A DNA stretch of 64,000 bases, from contig NW_024704743.1 in NCBI RefSeq assembly GCF_018977255.1, forward strand, positions 47,432,001-47,496,000, written 5' to 3'. A program made the translations under genes and the position numbers. Every line of letters begins with the position of its first letter. The first letter of the stretch is position 1. The stretch is from Callorhinchus milii (Eukaryota). Below are positions 11,276-22,745 of this stretch, piece after piece. Below the pieces are notes generated by a model. It was not told the DNA's origin, made no database searches, and was given only the letters and a program-made list of their open reading frames with translations.

Positions 11276-13086
11276 GCAGCTAAGTTCCTACAAGTCGGTA
11301 TGACGCACTTCCCATTATTAGCCACATTCAGTATTTATATATTCTGCATGAATTCATGTTATAAATAACACATTTAGACCACGAGCCTGCTAAATTAACA
11401 GGAAGCTGGATATAAGATATTTCAAACCCAGATCTTCTACACAACAAAATCACAAGAAAAGTTGAATTGAAGACGGCCTATCATCCGTTTGATTTTATTC
11501 TTCCCGAATACCAACCCTACTTAACATCTTCCAAATAAATAGTGCATGAAATACCCTCACTCCAGAGTTATATAGATAACAATAATAAATTAATGTAAAG
11601 TAATCCTTACATTTGCTATAGCAAATAGACAGCTGTAGTGTGGTGACTGTGTATTTTATAAGCTGTGTACTTTATAGGCGAACACGACAGCCAATAAAAT
11701 TTACTAGTTTTCCATCTTAACTATGTCTCTTTCACGTTTACTTGGCCAAAAGATGAAGGGATTTGTTTCAATTAATCCAGCGACAAAACAAAGTTTTGTC
11801 TGACACAGCTATAGACAGTCCTCCCAATACCACCTTGAAACAAAGTAGCAACAGTTTCTCTCATGTACAGGCATGTCCTGCAATGAAGTGATTCATAAGA
11901 AAAAGGAGATTGAACCTCCTTTATATTAACAACAACCCCCGAAGCAAACTTTTGACTGCACGTGATTGGAGCAAGGTGTGTAATTTATGTAAGGCATCTT
12001 GCTTCTACACAACTGTATTCCCAATAACACTGAATTAAATTGCAATTCGCAATTCATAAAAAGGCCAATATTGATTCTGTATAAATTATGCAAAAATTGT
12101 ATAGCCAAGAAATTCCATTTCAAATTGACTCGAATTGTTCCCCCGCAGCAATCAGCAAATTAGATTCAGTTGGACAATCAGTTTGTAAAACAGCTGGATT
12201 GGACTCCCTAATGAATTTAGTTACAAAGTAAAAGAATGGACTGAAAAAAGGACATTTTTATTTTGTCATTCTCTCTCAATTTGGGTTAATTCTTAATTAC
12301 TTGAAAAGATAAGCACTGATTAAACCCTGAAACTGAAATTGTTTATTTTTCTCACCGATGCCTTTACAAGTGGGTCATCTCACACATCCCAGCACTTTTT
12401 CTTAAATCAAAGTCAACTCGGTCTGCTGGTTTGTGCATTGACCATTTCTATGTCTGGTGCTTCAACATTGAGGCCAGAAAGCATATTTCTCCCTCCTTAA
12501 TTCTGGTCAGCGCTGCCAACTAAACTAAAGCATTAAAAGGGAAGGAAACAAAAGGATTTTATTTGGATAATTTCAGTGACATCTTTGATCACATCCACGA
12601 ATGGGGCTTTCAAATTTGATTTATATTAGCCCTAAAATCCCTCTCTCTGCCACTGGATCTTCCAGTACTGTATAAACTACTGTCAATGTACTTCAGTGTG
12701 AAACAGATATTAAAAATGTAACCTCAGCAGTAGTTATAGTACCGGTTTTATATTGGCGTATTAGGAGTCTGAATGTTGTCCAGATGTTGCGTTTGTACTT
12801 CACATAATCAGATGGATTTACAAAGGTAATTCCAGCAGGTACCAAACCTATAAATGGGATGAGGGGGTATACACAGCCTAAAAATACAACCAGTAGTGAA
12901 GCAGCTTAGTTAATGCTTTGCAAGACTGTGCAAAGCCCACATCCAGGATAGAATGATCTTGCTCAAAATGCTAAATTGAAGGCATCAATAGCACTAGAAT
13001 CTCAATCCTTTCAGTATGGTGCAATTTTAGGCAAACATTACACACAGAAACATTATTCATAGAAACTGCATGTCTACATGTGTGTG

Positions 13087-13508
13087 TGTCAGCCTGGCGC
13101 AGTGGTAGCACGTATGCCTCTGAGTCAGAAGGTTGTGGGTTGAAGCCCCAAGTCAGGATTTGAAATGAGATAGTCAAAGCTGGGGATATGTTGCATTTTC
13201 AGAGGTGCCGTCCTTCAGATGAGACATTAAACCAAGGTCCCGTCTGCTTATTCAGGTGACATTAAAGATCCCATGGTACTATTTGAGAAGAGAAGGGAGT
13301 CTCTCCCGGTGTCCTGGCCAATAAATCCACCAAATAAAATTTGTCACTCACTTCATGGCTGTTTGTAGGACATTGGTGTGCACAAATTGGCTGCTACATT
13401 TGTCCCACAAAATATACAGTCAATCCACTTTACAGTATATACTGTGAAGCTCTCCGTGACGTGCTAAGGCATTATATCAAATGCAAAGATTATTATCATT
13501 ATTATTAC
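13087..13508 (+). mobile_element. SINE family B (SacSINE1-like DeuSINE), full length
   Basis: tRNA-like head gtcagcctggcgcagtggtagcac...ctgagtcagaaggttgtgggttgaagcccc. Deu-type domain gaggtgccgtccttcagatgagacattaaaccaagg...aagatcccatgg. 3' half closely similar to the family A tail. Confidence 0.88.
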
Positions 13509-14189
13509 TCGTACTGGGGTTGAGATTCCGGATGCAAAGTAGGGATGACTATTTGAACAGAATATCTTTAACTGCTTGCATGCATTATCTTCACTGGTGA
13601 GATATTCTTCCCAAGGGCATGGTTACATGGCAGTGAGTGGCAGAGAGAACTGTTAGAAATACAATGCAGTATAAGGAATCAGAGAGGGAGAGGGCCAGAA
13701 AAAGAGTGAGAGAAGCAGATAGAATGAGATGGAAGGGCTGGCATGATGTGATAATTTAATGGCAGTATAACCCCTGATCGAAGAGGTTTTTGGTTAATAC
13801 TGTCCGTGGTGACCAGATACCCACACTGTTTTCAAGTCCACCATAGGACTAGTCCCATTTAGTGCAGGTTTCCGACTCTCCGCTTTACTATTGTGGGAAA
13901 ATCCTTTTCTAACCTTTCAGTTTTATCCCTATCGAAACATACAGCGTTAAATATTTAAAACATTGCCAACTGTCTGAACCATTATAATATAGTGCTAGCC
14001 CTTTATAACATGTTTTACTGTTGTGCTAATTTAGTTAGAAAAGTGTTTACACTTTGGATCCCATTCACTTCCGATGTGTGTAGTCGCCCTGCTCACTTTC
14101 TATGTCCCAATCGACTTTCTTGCTAAAAAGGCCAAAATCCAGGACACTGGATAATCAATGGCATCACTTCTTGTCTTACAATACAAAAT

Positions 14190-14320
14190 ACAATTTATGT
14201 TTATATAAAACCTTTAACATCAGGAGGACATCTCAAAAGCTTTACAAAACAACAACAACAAATTACATTTGTATAGCACCTTTCATGTTGTGAGGGCATC
14301 CAAAGCACTGGGGACTTCCC
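14190..14320 (-). mobile_element. Two tandem L2/SINE tail fragments
   Basis: atttatgtttatataaaacctttaacatcaggaggacatctcaaaagc followed by (CAA)n attacatttgtatagcacctttcatg. Confidence 0.6.
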
Positions 14321-14661
14321 AAAGAGCTGGTACACATGTACAACAAACAGGAATTGACATTGTCAGCGACACTGAAGTCAGTGAGAACTGGCTGGTCTGC
14401 AGGAAGAGAATTGGTCAGCTGCACGCATGCACAATCTAATCCACAATCTCTAAAAAGTAGTTTGGGAATTTATGGATTCACAACACTGTTATATTGAGAC
14501 TCTACTGTGGTTTGACAATTTCACCTCCTTTGCACTTCTCTAGTTATTTTTCATGATCTATTGAGCAGCATAAGTTTTATGGATTATTAATGGCATTATT
14601 AATGGCAACCTTTCCACAAACGGGAAAAGCTCCTGGTATCACTGGGTATATAAATATAAGG

Positions 14662-14740
14662 GGTAAAATATGTGACATTTCATAACTGATTTGATGCAAT
14701 ATCACATCAAATCGGTCATGAAATGCTGCACATTTTTACC
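14662..14740. repeat. ~80-nt imperfect palindrome (likely MITE remnant)
   Basis: ggtaaaatatgtgacatttcataactgatttgatg pairs with catcaaatcggtcatgaaatgctgcacatttttacc, with an 8-nt loop. Confidence 0.8.
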
Positions 14741-14888
14741 AATATATGTAATAAATTGTTGCCTAACAATATAATGGTAAATGCACTATAGTTTGGTACT
14801 GCAGAGTTGAAGGGCATTGTTTTACCTTGTACTTAGCAAGTTCCCTTCAGTTCACCCTGGACATCAAGGTGAGGCACTGAGTTGAGAT

Positions 14889-15045
14889 AACAACAACTTG
14901 CATTTATATAGCGCCCTTCACGTGGGGTTGTTTCCTGGAGCGCTTCACAGAAGTGGAGTCTGACAAGCACAGTAAGCACGATCAAAAAGGAAGGTCTTTA
15001 GGTGGGATTTGAAGGTGGGAAGGAAGGGGAAGAGACCAGGAGTTT
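14889..15045 (-). mobile_element. L2 3' end (tail type b)
   Basis: aacaacaacttgcatttatatagcgcccttcacgtgggg...gatcaaaaaggaaggtctttaggtgggatttgaaggtgggaag. Confidence 0.8.
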
Positions 15046-15397
15046 CCCCACTGGTACTGGGAAGAAATTGGAGGATGAATCACCCCTTGATTTAGACCAT
15101 TCCCTGCTAGAAAAGCACCATTGACAAAAGTCTGGAAGCAAATTGCTTGCCTATCCACTTAGCCACAGATAGGCAGCATGGACTCCTGGGGATTAACACA
15201 TAAACAAGTTGGCAGAGAAGAAATAGTTCAAAAACATCTTGAAGTCTTGTAAATTTTAGACCGAAGAACAATTCCCCCGAAAGCTGTATTGGAACAGACT
15301 AATGAAGCACCAGTGGATATTTCAGAAGCGCCTTTGCCGACTTATTTCTCATTTCTGAAATGAAAATTTTGTTTCCTTCGTGTGATATTTTTATGTA

Positions 15398-15870
15398 AGT
15401 AGGAAACCAGTTGTTAGTCAATTGGCGGATCACTTTTCCAGGGGTAATAAGCCCTCCAAAATTAATAATAATAATTTGGTCACGCAATCCACGATTGTTT
15501 GTGGGACAGTGATGTGCGTAATTGGCTGCTGCGTTTCACCCACAAAATATACAGTCAATTCACTTTACAGTATATTCTGTGAAGCGCTTTGAGACGTCCT
15601 CCCGACGTGAAAAGCGCTATATCAAATGCAAGGATTATTATTATCTAGCAGACATATGATAAAGTGCTATATCAAATCCAAGGATTATTATTATAAAATG
15701 AAGTTGATCCTGGGTGAATTGTTAGCATGATAAAATTATTTGTTTTGCCTACAAAATATACAGTCTTTACAGTACACTTTACAGTATATTCTGTGAAGCA
15801 CTTTGAGACGTCTTGAAGATGTGATAAGGCGCTATATCAAACACAAGGATTATTAGTATTATTATTATTA
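15398..15870 (+). mobile_element. SINE family A 3' part followed by two further tail copies
   Basis: SINE 15398-15643, tail fragment ~15650-15695 and tail ~15740-15870, all in the same orientation and each ending ggattatta. Confidence 0.85.
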
Positions 15871-18229
15871 ATGAATTGTATCTTTGTGCTGTTGTGCAAA
15901 AGCTGCACCTTGCGTTAATTGGGCACACGACAAAGAAAATATTCTGTGCATTTAAACCCCCAGCATTTAGATCAATGAAAACCCTTTGAAAATCATACCA
16001 TGCACCTAGTGCTTTAAAGTTTAGATTAGACTATTATGCATCAACTGCCCAAGATAGGAAATAATCACAGGGATAAAATCTGACAAAATAATCCAGAATT
16101 AAAATAGTTAAAGATGCTGTATAATAGTGACTGACATTCAAATGCTTCTTTGTTTGATACTGCCTGAGCAAAGCTTAAACAGAATGGAATTTCTGCTCAG
16201 ATCTGCCCCGCTAAAACTGCTCCTAAATTGGGCAGCTCAGATCCTTATCACACCAGTTCTCAAATTAAACCATAGCAAAATTACACCTAAATACCAGAAT
16301 AAATTGTGTTTACGTACAGTGAGCTCAATTTGTTCTTAATTTGTTTCAATCGCCAGCACTGGAGGTAAAAACATTTACCACTTTAAAGTTCAGATTAGAC
16401 TATTAGTCATCAACCGCCCAAGATAATGATGGGAATAAAATCTGACAAAAACATCCAGAAACAAAATAGTTGAAGATGCTGTATAATATTCTGCACAGTC
16501 TTTTCACATATCACTTTTTAAGATACTTCTACCGTTTTTCCTACTGATGCCCATTTTTGAACACATTTGTACTGAATGAATCCCACATGTGGCACTCACT
16601 GAGAGGAAAAAANCAAAACCAATTTGAGACTTCTTTCAGTATAAAAAAGATCATTTTTCATCAGTTTACATTTTTTTCACACACTGTGGTTTGTAAGGTC
16701 TTTTGTTACTGATGAGTCTGCCAAACTCCTCGTTAAGTGCATTAACACTTTATAGACATCCAGTCACAAAGATCTATAGAGCAGCATACGGTACTGGCCA
16801 CAAACAGCGATTGGGCTACAGACAAGTGTCAGACTAATCCCCTTGAGACCCAGGTGAATACTTTGTAACCCTGCCCTCCACTCTCACATTACTGAACTAA
16901 CTACGAGCTATGAGCATTACATCATCGTATCAAGGATTGCTCACCGGACCTTTACTCTGTCAATCCGCAGACAAAACTGTTCCTGACAGTAAAATATAAA
17001 ACCAAACAATCAACTTCATGTTGCAGGAGGTAACCAAGAATGGCTGAGTTACCACAGCAAATTAAATGATCCCAGACACGGAGTTAATACGAAGGAAAAG
17101 AAAAAGAAATGCTCAATAACTCTTAAGTTAAAGTTGAAAAGTGAAAACAAACCTCATGGACATCACAGAGCTTGAATTCCCTGCTGGTGTACAGAACATG
17201 AGAGCACAGTGTACATGAAGGATAAGAGCCAAGGCTTAACTAGCCTGTGTGAGTCATATCCTTCCCATCTGACTCCCTGCCAGCCAATGATGTAATGCAC
17301 TGGCCACTCTCCTCAGCTCAGCACTATGAAGTCACCACTATATCTGGCAAAGCCCGAAGTAAACTTAATGTAACCAAAACAACCCCAGGCCAAGTTCCAG
17401 ACATACAGGGACTTGGTGGTGCTATTACCATTGGAAACGGGATAAACAGACAGAGAAACAGTGCCGCCTCAAAGAAGGAACAGCTGTTTAAAGTTCAGGA
17501 TAAACACTCTGAGTAGTGCAAGTGATTTACTGGTTTTAATCAGAACCGAGGTAGAGTGAACAGAGATGCCATGTGCACAATAGTTAGACTTGACTTCATG
17601 AAAAAAANTCAGATAAAATAAATCGTGACAGGCTTTAACAGCCAGCTTGGGGATAAGTCAAATGCAGCAAGTTCAGCCTCATCAGGTTTCTTGTTGTGAG
17701 TGAAAACTGGATTTGATACTGTGGAATTCATTACACTATTGTTGAAGAACCTAGTAAGCTTTTAAGGGGGAAAAAAATATTTGAATACGTTATTGAGGGA
17801 AAGAAAATTTTCATTATAGTGAGTTCACCAAAGAAAACTAAGTTTTTTTTAAGTTTCAACATCATACATTTTTCTTTACCATAAAAGCAGGAGCCTGAAA
17901 TGTCTCATGGTTTTAGCCTTTAGACCAATGCCTTAAATGTAAGATTGTGTAGAATTTTAGAAAATTCTTAATATTCAGTCTTAATTTAGTAGTAAGTTTT
18001 CCACATTCTTTCTGAGCACTGCGCAAAAACAGTTTCCAAATTAAGACTAAATTTAACAGAATTGCCCAAAATTCTGCATCAGCTTAATTTGTAAGAGCAT
18101 GTTCTGAAGGTTACGAGCATAAGAGAGGAGTTTTGTCTTTCTGATGTACTCTACATCATAACACTCTCCCCTCCAGAGGCAGCAAATACAAAGACATTGA
18201 CAATTGGCAGCTGCTTTTTCTGTACCCTT

Positions 18230-18820
18230 CCTGTCTGCTTTCAAAACCAGTCTAAAAACCTCTCTCTTCAACTATGTGTTTGGCCACTTCCTGCCTAGCC
18301 CCATCACCATTCTCCCTCCCTGCACCAAATTTGACTTCTTCAACACCCTGGTCACCGGGCTTCCAAGCTCTATCCTTCATAAGCTCTATATCACTAGAAC
18401 TCTGAAATCCACAGTCTCTTCTACACTAGGCTCCTTGAGTCCATCAGCTAATCCTCATCAAGCTTCACCAAGTCCCTGTCCTCCAGTGGATCAATTTTAC
18501 TATTTTTGTTCTTACCTATAAATGTCTCTATGCCTTTGCATACCTCCCTCCCCCATCCTTGCAATCTCCTGCAGCCCTGCTTCTCCAGCAATTCCTCCAA
18601 TCTGCCAATTTAGGTCTGTTTCATAACCCTGCTTCCGACACCCTTGGTAACCTTTTCCCTAAATCCTTCTACCTTGCTCCCTCCCTCTCTGTTTCGATAT
18701 CTGTTTAAAAACCTATCTCTGTGCCTATTCCTCCTGGCCTTGGCTTTCATTCTACCACTGTAAAATTCTTTGAGCCTTTTTCCTACATCAAAGGCATTAT
18801 ATCAATGCAAGTTTTTGTAG
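18230..18820 (+). mobile_element. Old L2 3' fragments
   Basis: SAFKTSLKTSLFNYVF and DFFNTLVTGLPSSILHKL remnants; tail aaaggcattatatcaatgcaag. Confidence 0.65.
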
Positions 18821-18854
18821 ACAGAAATTATAAAGAATTATTGCTTGCTGCTTT

Positions 18855-19445
18855 TATTAATAATAATCCTTGCATTTGATACAGAGCTTTTCATATGGGG
18901 AGGATGTCTCAAAGTCCTTCACAGAATTTACTATTAAGTGTAGTAAAAGGTGAATGGAGCAGCCAATTTGTACACCCTAATGTTCATACAAACAACCATG
19001 AAGTGAATAAGCAATTTTATCTTGAGGATTATTTTGGGGGGAGGGGGGAATTATCTGGATCTAGTCTCCTTGAGCCCATCAGCTCATTGGAAACCTATCA
19101 CCATACTTAAGAGTACCCAAACCAAACTGAGAATTCCATGCAACCCGCCTACACATGGAAATTCTAGAAATAAATTTGGCCAGGACACCAGGAGAAACTC
19201 TTCTCCTTACAAATAGTGCATGGGATCTTTAACATCAACCTGAACAGGTAGTCAGGACCTCAGTTTTAACACGACATCCAAACGATGGCACCTCCAACAA
19301 TAAAGCGCACCCACTCCACTGCACTGAAACATCAGCTAAACCAATAATCCTAGATATAAAAGTATTCAAAGTCCCAATGTGGGGTTTAAACCCATAATCT
19401 TATCACTCACCGGTGAGAGTGCTACCACCTGAGTAAGACTGACAC
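18855..19445 (-). mobile_element. SINE family B, full length, with ~110-bp internal insertion
   Basis: Tail at 18857, Deu-type domain at 19220-19300, head ending gtgctaccacctgagtaagactgacac. Extra sequence lies at ~19060-19170. Confidence 0.8.
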
Positions 19446-19469
19446 TTAATCAGAGCTAAAATTATAGAA

Positions 19470-19760
19470 CTGCACCAACACACTGCCACTACACACTCCC
19501 ACGCACACCACAACTGCACTTAAACACACTGCACACCACACATTGCACACCCACCACACTACATGCTCCATTGCACTGTCCCCACACACTGCGCACATAC
19601 ACACCTCAGTCCAACACACAGTGCACACTGACACACACTGCACACTGAGACACACTGCGTGCCCACACAAAATTCACCCAGACACTGCTCTTCCCCACAA
19701 TGCATGCACCAAAACACACTGCATGCACCCCCACCCTGAAAGCGTCCACACACATCGTTC
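19470..19760. repeat. CA-rich low-complexity / degenerate (CACACTG) simple repeat
   Basis: Repeated cacactgc/cacacac units; source of several spurious His/Thr- and Cys/Val-rich ORFs. Confidence 0.85.
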
Positions 19761-20414
19761 AACAGCATGTTCTGAAAAAGGTCTGTAAAATTTTCATAAA
19801 ATACATTTTTTGTCTGGAACTAGAGAAACACACAGTCAATGGAATTAGAAACACACCCAGAAAAAGATATAAGGTTGACTTTAGCATAGAAGTGGCTTTC
19901 GGCAATCCTGCAATGGGCTAATGGTATTTGCAAAATATTAGAAATAACAATTGTTGCACAACCTGAATTGATCCTAGAAATCAGTCTTGCAAATCCTCTG
20001 TGACAAACAGCACACAAGGACACTGTCTTTCATAACAGTTTTACTGAAGCAATCTTTTCTCAAAAAGTGAAACCTTTCTCATACCAGTTGTAAAACAGTT
20101 GTTAGCATAATGATCATAGCTTACAGTACCAGATCATTGGGTTGTATCTGCTCTCAGAGGCGTTTTCAGTTGATGCTGAGAGAAAGATTACACGTGCTGC
20201 CTTACTGTAGAGAAACAGTAACAGAATACACAGAGCTATACCAAGCCAAAGTCTTCCTGCTCTCTGTTGGAGACTGGTAATGAGTAGCTTCTGAAAGGAC
20301 CAAATATAGCATATGGGATAAAACTATATTTAAAAATGGAGTGACATTTCTACAATATTACACCCAAATGTCATGCTATAATAGGCCACAAAGACCATGA
20401 TCTGATGTTTCTGG

Positions 20415-21132
20415 TCAAACAGAGGAGCGCTGAGCTCCAAGGTGATGTGCTTGGCAACAGAATGTCAGAATTGACTCAACCCTCTGAGGCAGTCTCAGTA
20501 GTCTGGTTCCTGAGCCAGACGGTTCGCAATACTCCCAAGTCACTTCTGATGACCCACCAGCCTGTCTGGCTTTTTAGCAGGCCTTAGAGTGGCAGACCAG
20601 ACACCGGGGGAAAGGATTCTTTCCACTGGGCACCTTAACACATTGTTGAGATGGTTAGGGCAGCCCTAGCTGTTTGTTAAGCTAGGACCACCCTAACTAT
20701 CCCCAGAAGAATGCAATTCCTAAAGGTATTAGGTGCATGTAGCAAAAATCAAGGCTTGGGGATTCCAGAGTGTGCATTGGAGAACTACTGGGTTTAACCA
20801 GCTAAAGCTGCACAGCTTGCCATTGAAAGCATCTTCTGGCAAGGTTTCTGTTGCTTGTTCCACTAGGACCACTCTACCCATTAGGGCTTTGCAGGGTTAA
20901 CAAGAGCTGAGTGAAAAGAATCCCTGCCTCCAGCGAACAGACTGCCCCTTCAATATCCTGCTGATGAGCCAAGCTGGCTGGGCAGTGATCAGCAGTGCCT
21001 TGGAGTACTGTGGACCCACCTGGCTCAGGTAACGCACTACCAAGATCAAGACAGAGGATTGATTCGATTCTGACATTCCTTTGCCAAGCACATCACCTTG
21101 GAATTAGTTCAGTTCCAAGGATGCCCTGTTTG
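20415..21132. repeat. Large inverted repeat (foldback) with internal hairpin
   Basis: 20436-20457 is the exact reverse complement of 21081-21102. The ~200-bp arms are diverged, and a separate hairpin sits at 20650-20701. Confidence 0.8.
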
Positions 21133-22092
21133 CCTCCTCCAGCCCCCAAAGAAAGGGTCTGAAAACCTCAGCTCTCGCCATCTTGCACCTAGTAACTTAC
21201 AGAATTAGGTAAGCAGGATGTGTCCCTTCATTCGTGCACACTTCCAACTGCTTCCCGTGCTCACAGGTAAGGTTTTTTTTATTGTGTCCCACTTGGAATG
21301 TTGGGAGGTCTGCAATAACCAGACGTTGATCATGATTTTTGTCAGTGAAGTTTTGGACTGGAAAGATTGTTTTTAAGGGAATCTAAAAATCATGATCAAT
21401 TTTTCTCCCTTTATACAATGGGTCAAAAATGAGGTGATTTTAAACAGGATTCTTCAATAAAGAAATCTGGAGGAGGCTAAGGCCATCTCCTTTAAGACTG
21501 GAATTCCAGTGAATCGGCTTAACATCTTCCTGGTTACCAGGAGTTCTCACTCGATTCCTCAAGTGTGGAATCTAGTTTGAAATTGCTGCGATTTAGTCCC
21601 CTTTATATTTTTATAGAAGAGGAAATGAGTAAGTAAAAGAGTGCTCTTTGTAGTGTGAAAATATGGCAATTATGAATGACCCCTTAATGTTATCAGAATG
21701 AATCTGAATATATGCAACCCAAGGATGATTTATTCCAGACCTAAAAATTGATTTAACCATGACTAAATGCTTGGCAGATGTCAGCTAATGCTCTGTTGAA
21801 GAACCCTGTGAAAAGAAACCTGAAGAAGCCTATTCTGTAAACAGTTCACAGAGTTGTCTCTTACCAATAAAACACAATTCTCCGTGGGGCACCTGGAATA
21901 CTGTGGAGAGTTTCTGATTGTAACCAAGCTACTAAATTCCTGCAGTCACAAACAAATGTGAATCCCATTTAATGAACTTTCCAAATGGATGGTCATAAAA
22001 TCCTATGTAAGTTTAAGGTTCTTTGTTACCAAATGTCTGAATAATAAATGTGTTACTATTGAAAAAATTCCACAGTCAATGATAGGCACCAA

Positions 22093-22745
22093 CACCAACA
22101 ACAACAACTTGCATTTATATAGCGCCCTTCATGCGGGGTAGTGTCCCGGACCGCTTTACAGTGATAGAGTCCAACAACAAACCAGGGGAAGAGGGAGGTT
22201 GGAGGTGATCAAAGGCATGATCAAAAAGGAAGGTATTTAGGTAGGATTTGAAGGTGGGGAGGGAGGGAACAAAGTGGAGAGATTGAGGGAGAGAGTTCCA
22301 GAATTTCAGGGTGTAGTGGCTGAAGGCACAGTCACCGATGGTGGAGCGGAGGGCACAAGGAACACATAGGAGGCTGAAGCCAAGCAAAGGCAGCAGATGA
22401 TGGAGTTGGGGATAACCAGGTCGGATAGGTAGGGAGGTGTGAGGGAATGAAGTGATTTGAAAACGAGTGAGAGGATCTTGAAGTCAATCCATTTGGTGAT
22501 TGGGAGCCAGTGGAGCCTGGCAAGGACTGGTGTGATGGGGTATGGAGTTTCGTGCAGGTGAGTATCCGGGTGGCAGAGTTTTGAATTAATTGGATTTTGT
22601 GTATGATGGAGCTGGGGAGACCAGCGAGGAGGGAATTAGAATAGTCCAGCTGGGAAGTGACAAAGACGTGGACAAGGGTTTCAGCTGCGCTAGTTGTGAG
22701 GTATGGACGGAGATGGGCAATGTGGAAGAGGTGGAAAAAAGCGGT
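22093..22745 (-). mobile_element. L2 LINE 3' fragment (tail type b)
   Basis: FFHLFHIAHLRPYLTTSAAETLVHVFVTSQLDYSNSLLAGLP..IQLIQNSATRILT; tail with (TTG)n. Confidence 0.93.

Larger units (their letters stand above)
12743..21939 (-). other. Candidate phase-compatible small exons (21865-21939, 20125-20204, 16533-16598, 12743-12847) of an unidentified gene
   Basis: Each has a pyrimidine tract plus AG acceptor and a GT donor, and they join into a stop-free ~108-aa frame. No recognisable homology, and two donors are weak. Confidence 0.2.

Noticed and set aside
12356..12524. Minus-strand exon-like segment with strong splice signals
   Set aside because: All frames contain stops, so it was left out of the candidate exon chain.
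16613..17608. Two ambiguous N bases (16613 and 17608)
   Set aside because: Both sit at poly-A runs and reflect base-calling uncertainty, not biology.
17660..17700. CTGATGAGGC hammerhead-like core on minus (similar ctgaagaagcc at ~21820)
   Set aside because: No downstream GAAA or closing stems.
19446..19921. Cys/Val- and His/Thr-rich ORFs
   Set aside because: Artefacts of the CA/TG low-complexity tract.
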